Assembly (NCBI GenBank): GCA_020536535.1
Contig: JAHLWZ010000127.1
Coordinates: 1 to 64,000 of the forward strand
Origin: Pelomyxa schiedti
Lineage: Eukaryota > Protista > Evosea
Length of the DNA: 64,000 nt
Direction of reading: 5' to 3'
Below the pieces are notes generated by a model, which ran no database searches, had not been told where the DNA came from, and saw nothing but the letters and a program-made list of their open reading frames with translations. Shown piece after piece: positions 32,565 to 45,500 of the stretch (its first letter is position 1; every line of letters begins with the position of its first letter). The translations under genes and the position numbers were made by a program.

Positions 32565-32968
32565 ACAACAAACGCCGCACTTCCAACTTGGATGACTGAA
32601 GTAGCGAGCGGACTGTCAGGTTTTTATCTGGGCCACTTGGGTAGGTGCTCGTATGTGTAAGAATAGAAGAGGAGCACACTCGCCTGGAGAGTGCCACTGA
32701 GCGATGGTGATGAATGACTTTTCTTGGACTGTGTTTGAAGTCTGTTCGCCATCTTCAACTGTTCTTCCCCGAATGTGATTTGTCTGCTCGTTTTCCGTTA
32801 TGCTTTTGTGCGCTTCCCAAGGAAAGGACCAAGGGCGGCATCGCGGAATGGAAAACACAAGAAGCGCGGCCACTTTTTCGTTTGTTACTGTTTGCTTGTA
32901 CAACAGGGCGTGCCGTGTCTTCGTGGGCCAGTTGAGAAGTGAGGCCTCTTTTGCGGAAGGTTTGGTTG

Positions 32969-35900
32969 ATGATGAGTTTGAGGATCCATGTCTTGCGTGG
33001 TGTGGTTTTGGTAGGGTTGTTTCTGAATTGTGGGATCCTGAGAGGCTGTGAGGCTGGAGGTGTTGTTGGGGGCCAATGGGGCATTTGTACACTGGAGGGT
33101 CTGTTGTCTTTGGCAAAGCAAACTGTGGCTGAAATACAGCCCCCTTTTGTGCTCATGGAAAATGTGCTCCTTTTTTTTTTTTTTTTTTCCCTTTTTTTAC
33201 TGTAATATGTGTTAATACATTTCTTTCTTGTTTAGTACCTGAATGTGGCTGCTTCGATGTTTTTATTCATTGATGAAAACGCGGACACTGTGGAAGTTGA
33301 CCTGCAGAAACGATACTTGTACGACCACATCACAATCATGCCTAATAGCAGCCAAATTGCTGGAAGCGGTGTGGATCAAACCAATGATCGAACCCTTGAG
33401 GTTTTAATCACTTTTACCTGTTACTGCTTCCTAACTCAATGCAGAGTTTCGTCAGGCGAAGTGCTCTTGCTGCGGTACCAGTGAATAGGTCCGCACCCTG
33501 TGAGTGCAACCCCTATTGGTTAATGTTTCTGGAGAAGTACTACACAGGTTCCGTAATTGATTACTTTGCTCTTCTATCTTCCATTAATTTATCATAGATG
33601 AACTTCTAGGAGTTCCCTGCGAGAGTTATTGCTCTACAAGTAAGATGTTGGCTCTTGGGCGGCATTTTGGGGGAATTTATATTCCAGTATCAGTGTCAAT
33701 TGATGAGGCATTAAGAATGTGGGGAATTTCAAATGGGGATTCCATTACGTATTTTTCCAATGCTACTTGTACACACTAATCGACATTAGGACAACTGTGT
33801 ATCCCTGGAAATTGTGGAGATCCTTGGGCACTACAATTGGTGACTATATCAAGCAGCCGGATTACCAACCGCCATTCTGGCCCATGTTTACACAAGAAGC
33901 AAATCCCACAAACAAGATCATGTGGACTGATCCGTACTACAATGCACTGGGTACGGTTTTTTTTTTTTTCTTCATTTTCTCTGTTCCATCTCATACCATA
34001 CAGAACTGATGATTCAAGTTGGGAAACAGATTTATGGAAAGAATAACACATTCATTGGTGCGTCTGGAATCACTCTCTCAATGCAAAAAACTACTGCACT
34101 GATGACCAGTGTAGTGTCAACACCAGGAGGTAGTTCCCACTAAACCTAACAAATAATCGTTGACTTCAATAACGTTTCGAGGTTTTGCAATGCTTGTATC
34201 AGACAGTGGCTATGTAATCTCCTCTGACCTTTGGGCCTTTCCTTTGCTGTTTGGTTCATCTTTTAACTTCTCGGCTCGGACTATTCCATCTCTTACACAA
34301 GCACAAGCGAATTTCACTGCAGTACTTTCTTTACCCTTCCTACAAGTGCTAACCGTAAATATAGCTCATAAATGATTTGAAGGTGTATGGTTATAATGAA
34401 ATACTTTTCAATGGGACAATGTGGCTCTTTGCACACCATCCTCTTGAGTTACTTCCCTGGACTGTTGTTGTTGCTGTTCCCTCCTCTGAAATCCTTTCTG
34501 GTTTGTGCTACTTGTTTTCCATCATGAGGTGATGAAAAAAAAGGAGTGATGTTTACTGTGAACCCCACAACTGTGCAACTATCTTCCAGTGGATCAGTTG
34601 TGTTCACCATTTCACTGAATAATACGGGTGTTATCCCCGTTTATGTCACATTTGAAAATCCCTCTTTGATTTTACCAAGTAAAAGAACCCACCAAATACA
34701 TAAAATGGGACTATCTAACCACTCCAAAACAGGCAACTTTTCTGAAGATATTCTACTCCAGGGCGGGGAGAGTGTCACTCTTACCTTTCACTTCGATGGG
34801 GACCTCCCTTATTCGAATAGGTTATGGTTTCAAGTTAGAGATGCTGTCACTGCTTTCAGCTTGTGCTTTAACTCACGGTATTCTGTTCTTGTTTCTATTA
34901 CAGGTGCGTTTCTACTTGCCAAATGAAAAAATTCACTCCTAACAGCAGATTCAATGGTACTCATTGCAAGTATCTCTGTTGGGGGTGCAGTTGCATTTCT
35001 TTTCTTTGTCACAATAGTTGTACTTTTACTTGTGATTCGTCATTTCAAACGCCAGGTCTTTCCAATTTTTAAAACTGGTTTCTAAACAAATGTCTGGATG
35101 TCTCGCAGGTAGCTGTTCTTTCTCAGCCCCTTACAAGTGCCCAACTGTTCAAAACTCCAGCTGAAGCTGCAATAAAGAAACTCACTGCAATCATGAACAA
35201 AAAATCCAGTTAGTATCCTCCAAACTTAGAAGTAAACCAATATGATCTTTTTCCCCAGAGCTCGAAGCCGATGACAAACTTTCCATTGAGAAAATAATCC
35301 AGTTGATTGCCACCAATGGGCTGCACAGAGTTGATTACATTGCCCAGAAGAAAGCTTGCCTTGCAAGTCTGTGGACATTTTCTCACCTTCATCAGTTCAT
35401 GTTCAATGTCAGATTTTGATTCTGAAGTCAATGCCTACTTGATGGAACAGCTTATTTCTCCTCAAATGAAACCTGAAGACAGTGAAGAAGATTTAAAAGC
35501 ACTGTTATATGCAGGGTGTGTGCATTGGCAAGTTGCTTATAATAATTGTCTCAGAGATAACGCTTCAATTGAACCAGTGATCACCAGTAGTGTTGATGAA
35601 TGGGACTTCTCTGCCTTCGAATATTCTCCTGGTACGCCTGTTTAACTTCTCTTACATTTTTCTAATTATCACAACAAGATCAAATTCTGGGCAAGATAGT
35701 GCCCCCTATTTTCCAGAGGCACGGGTTGTTTGCCAAGTTTAACATTGAGGAAAGCACTCTGATGTCATGGTTGGATGGAGTCACACGAGGGTTCACCTCT
35801 TGATAATCTAAGCAATGAATTTTATGCTACACAGATACCTCAGCAACCCCTATCACAATGTTATTCATGCTGCTGATGTATTACAAGCCTGTCACGTTAT

Positions 35901-37323
35901 GTTGCTTAACTTGGTTAATCACGAACTCCTTTCCCCTGTGGCTGTTTTGAGTGTCTTGTTTAGCGCCATTATCCATGACTTGGCACACCCTGGAGTAAAG
36001 TATGCCCTATCTCCAGAATCTCTTCTTTTCTTTTACATTGACTGACTCGCCCAGTAATAATTTTCTTTACCGTATTCTTGATCCCTTGGCACTGACATAC
36101 AATGGAATTTCAGTACTCTTTCCAAAACTGAGTGTGCCTTGCTTAGTTTATACAGATTTTGGAAAACATGCATGTACACGAAGCTTTTGAATTAACACTT
36201 CACGGTGGCTCCAATTGGCTTTCCTTTTTTTCCCCAGTAAGGAGCTGAGGAGAAAGATTTTAGTTCATTGACCTTCAAAAAAGGACGAATTCCTGGACTT
36301 CCACAAGCAAGTAACGAGCTTGGTCCTTACCACTGAGTACCTCTATTTACCTTCTCCAAGGTAATTTATGGCATTCATTCTTTTTCCCAGTATGTCAAAA
36401 CACGTGGAGCTACTGAGTTTTTTCAAGACCAGGCAGTCTGTTGACGGCTTCAATTTATCAAACAAAGTATGTCCTCGTACTACATAATGGCCGGTGTAAG
36501 CCGACTCTGCATAGAGTGATACAAACAGTGTGCTTCAAATGATTCTCAAAATGTCCGATATTTGCAACCAAACGCGGGCGTGGAGCACTGCCTCGAGATG
36601 GACAACCCTCGTTGTTGAAGAGTGCTTTCAGCAAGGTGATCAAGAAGAAAAATACAACCTCCCCAAGTCCCCATTCATGGATAGAGACGCGCCGCACATA
36701 GCCAAATGCCAGTGCACATTTATCCAGTATGCCAAACATTCCCAACGTCCCCCCCACCCCCATCAGAACCCATTATGGGCCCACTCACCCCAAACCCCAA
36801 CAGGTTCGTTGTCTCGCCACTCCTGGAAAGCGTTTCCAAGGTAATCGACCCACGACTATCCGCCGCGATGAAGAGCAACCTGTCGTCCAACCTCACGCAC
36901 TGGCAGTCCCAGCAAAGCCAGGCGCCCACGCCCTCGCACTCGCGGCCGCACTCGCCCCCGTCGTCGTCGTCGGCGCACAACGCTCTGGCGGCCGCCACCC
37001 CGACGCACACCAACCCCGGCAGCAGCCGCACGACCCACTCGCACTCGACGACCCCCACGCACACCAGGGGGACAGTCACGCCGGCCGCGGCAGCCACGTC
37101 CCCTGCTACTTCCGCGAGGGCGGGGGCTGTGCCGATGGCATTGCAGGCGAACGCCCACAACGCCGCGAGTGCGGCTACTCTGCTGCCGGAATCGGCTGTG
37201 GCTGCCTCTGGTGTGAGTGGGAGGATTGGGACTGGGACCGGGACACACAAGAACAACAACAGCAGTGGTGGTGTACTGTCACGTGGCGCCAGTTATCTCA
37301 CCTCTGGTTCTGGGAAACACTAG
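32969..37323 (+). CDS. Receptor-like class I cyclic-nucleotide phosphodiesterase (signal peptide, dCache sensor, Ig-like domain, TM helix, PDEase_I)
   Basis: Signal peptide MMSLRIHVLRGVVLVGLFLNCGILRGCEA. Cache-like IMWTDPYYNALG|ELMIQVGKQIYGKNNTFIGASGITL...FAMLVSDSGYVIS. TM ASISVGGAVAFLFFVTIVVLLLVI. PDE motifs YHNVIHAADV, SAIIHDLAHPG, LKMSDICNQTR, EECFQQGDQE and PFMDR...CQCTFI. Confidence 0.85.
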
Positions 37324-37549
37324 ATATTGGTTCGAACTAATACCGCGGCACTAGAAGAAGCAAGCTTGAAGCAATGCCAAGGGCAAATGCTCAATTTGAA
37401 CCATTCCTCTGATATTCCATTACAAACCCATAGAGAAAATTGTATTAACAAAAAAAAGAAGAGGATTGTTGGGTTCTGTTTTGCTGAGCTCAAACCCAAA
37501 CTGTTGGACTTCTCAATCGTAGCGAAGCTGATTCCAAGAAATCAGAAGA

Positions 37550-38734
37550 ATGGCGTCGACGAGCACAGTGGACGCGACCAACTTGGTCAATCAGGGAGCA
37601 GAGGCGGTTGTGCCCTGTTTCGTTTATTCGTATTATTATGGGTTTTCTTTGTTTTTTTGCTTTCGTTTAACGAGGTGTAAACGCAGAGGGTGTACCGTAT
37701 AAGACAAGACGAAAAAAATGTCATCGTTAAGGAGAGATTCTCGAAGAAATACAGACACCCAACTTTAGATGCTTTGTTGACAAGGAAACGCATCAATTCG
37801 GTTTGCTTCTTATATTATTTTAAAATTTCGCGCCATAACAACCCAATCGTTAACACATAGCATAACACCACTCACCAATATGGGATTTAAAGGAAGCCAA
37901 GTGTATGGCACGAGCGAAAGGGGCTGGTGTGGACACACCCACAATTTTCCGCGTGGACAAACACACGTCCCGTTTGTATATGGAAGACATTGGAACTCTC
38001 TCAGTGAAGCTGTTCTTATGGGCCAACTGCTCCACACCCAATCCACTTGCCAGAGCCACCGCTGCTACAAGTTCCTCGGTTTGTAGTACTGGCAACACCA
38101 CTTCATCTGCTGCTGTGACCCCAAACAATTCCGCCGCCACAAATTCTAATGCTACTTACAGCCCAGGTTTGCACACAACCTCACGCAAATTCCTTTTTCT
38201 CATTTTGCGTATTAGATTGCCTTCGGATATGCCAAGATATTGGACGTGCAATTGCCTTCATGCATACTGTTGACGTCGTGCACGGCGATTTAACAACATC
38301 TAACTTCTTACTGAGAACACCAGAAAACACAATTGTATTCGAGGCCTTTCATTCCTATATTCCAGCCTCACAATTACAATGTTCGTTTCATTTTGGTGAC
38401 AAGGTTGCAATTGATTTTGGTCTGAGCTATGTTTCATCATTGATTGAAGACAAAGCTGTAGACTTGTATGTTCTTGAGCGAGCCTTCCTGTGCACCCACC
38501 CTTCATCTGGACCACTTGTATGGCTCCGTTATCAATACATGTTAATTAACCTACTCTTCTTTGTTTCGCCAATAGTTTTCACAAGTACTTGAAACATATG
38601 CTAGTCAATACAAACAAGGCCCTGCAGTACTGCAGAGACTAGAACAGGGTATGTACTTTCAACGGTTCTCAAATACAATCTTACTCTCTGAAATAGTCCG
38701 TCTCAGAGGAAGGAAAAAACTTGCTTTTGGGTGA
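37550..38734 (+). CDS. BUD32: KEOPS complex kinase Bud32/TP53RK
   Basis: NQGAEA, VKERFSKKYRHPTLD, MARAKGAGVDTP, VVHGDLTTSNFLL, IDFGLS, EDKAVDLYVLERAFLCTHP, and C-terminal VRLRGRKKLAFG*. Confidence 0.93.
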
Positions 38735-39560
38735 TAGGTCGAGAATAAAAATCTTAAACAAAATTAGACAGTGTTTCACACTGCATTTGCAAAAAAGAGG
38801 GCATTGGCCAACTCACTGGCAAAAGCCTAAACCTGCTTTTTCCTTCAACTCTCCATGTCTCAGAACGGTGAGGGGAATTCCACCAGAAAAGAAAAAAACT
38901 AGAATACCCTCAGAGGGTGTCGGACCCACTCATTGTGTTTGGTATCATTTTCGGCTTGATTCCACTTTGGTGCATCAGTGTCTCCCCTTTTGAAGAGGAG
39001 TATCATACGAGTTACTCCAAAGTATCAATTCACAACGCCATCCGATGGTGAGGGTAATTTCTGAACCTGGGTCGTTCCCTTTTCCCGCAAAGAAATTCTC
39101 GTACAAAGTATTATGGGATGTGTGAGTACAAACACAAGCTGCTTGTTGATATGGTGTGGGGAGCATTCCCTCCCTTTGTCGGTCCCTTGGTGTTGTATTG
39201 GACACACTCCCCTTTGGTTTGGGGATCTATGATCGAGTCTGATAGGCCAATGTGGCGCTGTGGCACATTGAACTATCACTCTCCGCTTCGAAGGGACTCC
39301 TTTTCTTTTTCATTGGTTTGGGCATCCAATCGTGAGGCTTGTTGCCGCTTCTCACAACCCATAATGATCCGCGCCTGCCCGAGGGTGTAACCGAGGATCC
39401 CGAGCCCCCCACAATGGAAACACGCGGGCGGGTTGTGGTCACTCTTGTTCGTTGTTGCCGCGCTGAGTGTCGTTGAGGCACTATTGCCCAATATCTTTTC
39501 ATCGTTCCGCTGAGCGATCAGACACTCGTTCCCTTTTTCCAGAACAAACAAAAAATCAGG

Positions 39561-42500
39561 ATGGGGAACGATCAATCAGCGGGGGGTGGGGCTGGTCCAG
39601 GTGGCGGTGGTCCGGGCGTAAGTCCACAGACTTCATTGTACCTCGCGAATCGTAGACTAAGAGAGTATCTTTTTCTCTCTTTTTTTTCTCTGTCCCTTTA
39701 TTGTTAAATGCCTACCGACATTGCCCTCTTTTTTTTTTTTTTCCCTTGTTTTTTTCAGGGTACCAAAGGATGTGTACCAGCACGTTGCTACATTGAGCAC
39801 GCTCAGTTTGAGCTGCAACGAAATAACTTCATTGGTTGGAATTTCGAGATTGAAGTGTCTCACTTCCCTTGATGTCAGTGAAAACAAAATTCCGGAGCTC
39901 CCTTCTGAATTCTTCCAACTGAGGTGTCTGCATTTTCCATTTAAATACTTGTGCTAGCAACTTTATGTTACTGACTGTCCCCACAGAGATATCCAGTTCT
40001 TAAAATTATCTCGCAACATGTTGGCCACACTCGGTCCAATTGGGAGTTTCAAGCAACTTACAGAACTAAATGCAAGTAACAATACTATCATTTCTATTCC
40101 GGACTCCATCATTGCTTGTGAGCTACTTAAAATGCTCAATTTATCTTACAATCTGGTTTGCCTTCTTTTTACAGCCGTTTTGTTTTATTCACTGTGAAAA
40201 CTTTTTCCCCTCTACTCCCAGATCACACAAATTCCCGCTCAAATATGTTCACTGCCTTCTTTGACCCACCTGGTATTGAATAATAATGCAATTGAGAGAC
40301 TTCCTACTGAGATTGGTGTTCTGAGTGCCCTCACTCTTTTAAATCTTGCGGAGGTTGTTGAAATGAGTACAATATTGCCAATTACCTTACATGGCGTAGA
40401 ATGAACTCAGTGAGATACCTCCATCAATAGGAAAGCTGACTCTTCTTACCAAATTATACTTGGACAACAACAACCTTAATGTGATACCTTCTGAAATTGG
40501 AAGCTTGACTTCTCTTAAAGAAATTAATTTGAGGTCCAACCAGCTTGTTGCATTGCCAAGAAGTAATTTTCAAAAGTTTCTTTTTTAAACAGCTAATGAA
40601 ATTCTCTAGGTTTAACAAATCTCACCCGCCTAGAGGTTTGCGATCTTGCCGCCAATGATTGGTGTGATCCAGCTTACTTAAATGAAAATGTACTGGAGTT
40701 ATTTTCTTTTCTTCAGAGTAGGTCCAAAATTTCTCATTTTTCCCACCCTTGAGAGTATAGACAACAAGTCTTCTTACCATTTATTAGATCAAAGTGAAGT
40801 TCCTATCGTTCCCAACAAACCAAAATCGGTCGAGTTGAGGACAAAATTTTCCAGAAGAAAAGAAAGCCTTGCCTCTATTCAGACCACTGCTACGGAGATG
40901 TGATCCTCTTTTCCACAAGCTGAAATGTCTTACATCATGCAGAACAACCCCCCAAGACTTCCACATCGTGCAGCGCAAGAAGAGACTAATTCGCCTGAGA
41001 GGAGATAAAAAAATCATTCTTCACCATGTAAGTTCTGAAGTAAATAATCACTCTAGAAAAAAATGCTTATGCTCTCAGGTGGATCCAACTTACGAGTCAT
41101 TACACATTGGCAGTGTATTTATTCTGAACGTGGGATTCAAGATATTCATTTGGATTGGAGCACAATCTCCTGTCCGACAGAGAATGAAAGCGAATTACTT
41201 TGCTCAGCAGCTGGCTGCAGAAATATCCCCAAAGACCACGATTTCTACAATCGGTACTGAGTTACACAACTTCATATCTCATCGGAAATCTCAAAAAAAG
41301 ATAACACCAAGAGAGGAGTTGATGACGCTGAATTTTGGAGTGAACTTGGAACCAAAGGGCCAATCAATGATGTGGCTGAAGATGAAGAAGAAATTCTCTA
41401 TGATCTTACTTCACAGACCAAGCTTTTTACGTATTTATGTTAGTATTGTTCTACCTTCTCAACAACCCTCAGTTTCCAGGAACGTGATGACAGGCTTGAA
41501 ATCACAGCAGTGATTGGTCAAGATTTTTCGAAAGATATTTTACGCTCTGATTGTTGCTTTGTTCTTGATGATTGCATTGACGTGTACGTGTGGGCTGGTA
41601 TGTTTGCTTCTCGATCTGAACGCTCTTGGGCAATGCTGAAAGCAGAAGTAACATCCCAGTTTTTCTCCTGTTTCTTCATATTTCTTTAGGAGTTACTTGA
41701 ACATGGCAAACGTCCTCAATGTGCAGAAATCTATCTGATTATTGATGGAGATGAAGGTGAACATCTTATGTTCAAGGAACACTTCTTTGACTGGGTTGAT
41801 AACACCTGGGAGTTGACAAGTTTTCTTTCTTTTTGAAAAATTCTGGTCTAACACTACACAGAGAAAGAACTTGAAAAATTGAAGAAAGAGCAAGAGGCAC
41901 AGCAAAAAGCTTTACAAGCCCAGGTAGATGCTGTGAATAGCTTGCGTCAACCAGAGCCCCCAATGAAAACATCTCCCCGGATCTCTGTTGCAAAAGTTTA
42001 CTTCCCTACAACAAAAAGTAATGTCACTTCTAAGATTCCCTAACCCTAAAAATAATAGACCCCTGAAGCACTAGCTGTTTCTTCTCCAGTGTGTACTTCC
42101 CAAAAACGTGAGGCCTAACTCTAACTCCTTTGCTAAAAGAGTATTGAGGAAGGCACCAAGCCTACTCCATCATCATCCCAAAGCTCCAACAAGCACATAG
42201 CACCTTCAACATCACCTCCATCAGTTCCGCATCAAAGTGTATCACCATCTCCAGAACCGGCCTTCCAGCGCAACATAAGACCAGCAATTTCCCCTCCAAT
42301 TAGTTCACCTAGCCCCCCTTCCTCCTTTTATCACTCCGCAAGTTCACTTCCTCCACCACAGAGGCCTGTGCCTACCTTTGATGAAGACGATGCGTCAACA
42401 GAATCCAGTGATGTTGAGCTATCATCTGACGACTCTCTTGAAGCAGAATCGACAATAGTGCCCTCCTTTCCCTCTTTTCTTTTCTCAATAATTTTTTGTA

Positions 42501-45500
42501 AGCAGGAGTCTTCTGGGGAGGACTCCGAACCTGATTCAGCACACAGATCTCGGGTATCCGATCAATCTCTGGCGTGGCTAAAAGAGCGAGAAGCTAAACG
42601 GCTCAGAGAGGAAGAAGAAAGGAAAAAAATAGAACTTGAAGAAACTCAACTCGAAAGTGCCATCCTGTTACAACAGAAAGCAGCCGGTGTGTTTATTCAG
42701 AAGCTGGCTGAACACCCACATGAACCAGTTGCACCAGTTAAATTAAATACCACGTCTCAAGGACCCGCTTCCACTTCAACTCCCACCAGAACAGAAGACC
42801 TTACCAGCAGGGCAGAGCGACAAATGCAAGAAGTACTACGGGAAGCTCAAGCTGCAGCAGAAGCAGCAAAAAAAGCATCAGAGGAAAAGATGGAAGAGGA
42901 AAGACTGAAGCGTTTGGAGTTGCAACAAAAGCAGAAACAGGAATTTGACGACCTGCGAAAAAGGCAGATGGCAGATTTGGAGAGGCAACAGCGCAGCAAG
43001 AGGGAAATACTTGAACGACAAAGGCAAAAGCTCGATGCTGTTGACGCAGCAGTTATGAATGCAGCCTCAACCAAGAGTGGCAAAGCCGAGAGCGGCAGTA
43101 AAGTGGGTTCAACCACTGCCACTAAAGTGACAGAGACGGCGCTCCTGTTGGCAGAACAAGAAAAAAGAGATACCGAGGCCAGAGAGCAAGCAATGGAGAA
43201 GGAAAGGCAAGCCCTCATGAAAAAACACCAACAGGAGGAAGTTGAAATGCAACAAAAACGTGAAGCTCAACGAAAACAGGATGAAATGGAACAGCAAAGG
43301 CGCAAAGAGGAACTTCAACACAAAATAGAGGAGTTAGATTCACAAATCCTGGAAGAAGAAGCACGGATCAAACGTGAGAGGGAAGAACGGGCCAAACAGG
43401 CAGCACAAAAACTCAAGGAATTGGAGCGTATTCAAAATGAACAGTGGAGTGCACAACAGTTGCGGGAAAACCGAGAACTTGCTGAGGCAGAGCAGAAAGC
43501 TAAATTACTTGAAGAACAGCGTCAATCCTTAGTTCACCAAAATCAGCAAGACAGGGAAAGGATAAGTGCAGAAGCCAGAGTACAAATTGAAAAAACGGAG
43601 GCAGAAGCAGGGAAGCTACAGAAAGAAATAACTGCGGAGCAAAAGACTAAGGCGGATGCGCTATGGGCCAATGTCATGCAACGAATACAAACAGACAAAC
43701 TCCGTCAGGAAGAATTGGAACAAAAAGAAAAGCTTGTTTTGGAACAAAGAATTCAGAGTGAGCAAGAGCAAGCACAACTCCTGCAACACCAGTTAGAAGA
43801 AGAGAAACAGAGGTTGAAACAAAGGGAGCTTGAACTTGCACAAAAGAAGGAAACTGACAGGGTTCAAGTTGAGGAACACAACAAAAGACGCCTAATGGAG
43901 AAGAAAAAGCGAGAACAGGAAGCTCGCCAGAGAGCTGAAGAAAGGAAAGCAGCAACACTCAAGGAAATTGAAGCCCAAGAACAACTTATCACAGATAAAA
44001 ATGAGAAAGAAAAGTTGAAATTGGTAGCAGATCTCAAATTGCAACAAGAAGTAGAATTGAAGAGGTTACTTGATGAGCAGACAGCTATGGCGAAGGCACT
44101 ACAAGAAAAAGCTGATGCCGAACTAAGAACACAACAAGGAAAAGCAAGTGCAGAACTTGCTGAAAAGCAACTTCAACAAGCAAATCAACTCAAAGCAAAG
44201 CAAGAAGAAGACGCCAGAAGACTAAAGAGGAAGCAAGATTTAGAGGCGCAAGCACTACTGCGCGAGCAAGAAGAAAGAATTAACCGTGAAAAAATTGAAC
44301 GGGACCGTGCTCGCTCATTGATGGACCAAGAAAGCAGGGAAGCCGAAGAAAGAGAGAAAGAGCTAGTTGCAACGCGAGCACGAATAGCTGCAAAGGCAGC
44401 CTCTGGTTCACACTCACGGAGAACAGGAGGTTCGGTGAATAAACAAGGAATGGAAGAAAAGTTTGCAGCACTCAGGAATGTAAATATTTCCATCTCTGAC
44501 ATTTGACAGCAGTTCTAAAATTGTTTGCCTAGAAACCCACTACATCTGCTACCCCAACGTCACTTCCAACAGCAGAAAACAATCCAGTACCTAATCCAAC
44601 CGTTTCCGATTCGAGTGTTCTCTCTGGCGTCACCGCAGTCAAGTCCGATTATAAGTTAGCATCTTCAACAAAAGCGAGACCTCGTGGTCCATCCAAACGT
44701 TCTGCCCCCACACACAAGCCTGCCCGTGAGGTAATTCTTTTCTCCGCGTTGCTGACTTTCACATGTGCAACTAACAGCACCATAATGATGAAGTGGGATC
44801 AACTTCTCAAGATGTCTCTACTCCATCGCGTTCCGCCCCAAGGTCTGCTGCTAGTGCTCAGCTGCTTGGGGCTTATGGAATACTTTACAGTTTGAAGGCC
44901 GGTGATTCTCTTTTCCAAAAAGTGTGTTCCTTTCTTCAGTCTTTTCTTTTTGATTATTTTACAGCGTAAAACGAATTCTGAGGCACCAAAACTACCTGAA
45001 CTTGCAAATTTACTGGTAGAAGCTGTTTTCCATAGCTTTCTTCTAAATGGATTTTTTAGCCAAAAGATCTTGCAAGGTTGATACAAATCAAGGGCAAGAG
45101 GAGGCCCTTTGCCCGTCAAGTTGAATTGACATGGCACAGCCTTAATAGTGGGGACTGCTTCATTCTTGATAGCGGGAAGTATGCTAAAGTGTGTACAAAA
45201 TCCATAACTCCTCTGTTTCCCCCCTACTCTGCATTAATTGATTGGCAATGCTCAGGTATTATACCAATGGAATGGAAAAGACTCCAACCGTATGGAGAAA
45301 GGGAAAGCAATGGACCTTGCAAAGAATATCAAGGATAAAGAACGGTTTGGTGCCACTTTGTGTGTTGTTGAGGAGGGCCGTGAACCTCCTGAATTTTGGG
45401 AAATTCTAGGTGGTGCTCCAAATGGCCCCATCACTTCAGCCCTGGCTGGTGGTGATGACATCGAGGCTGAACAGAACATTTCTCAATATATAATATTGTA

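Noticed and set aside
32616-33156. Three minus-strand ORFs upstream of the ankyrin gene
   Set aside because: No motifs. They overlap the divergent promoter and the first exon of the PDE gene on the other strand.
42847-44502. Minus-strand Ser/Leu/Cys-rich ORFs
   Set aside because: They are antisense shadows of the E/K/Q/R coiled-coil exon.
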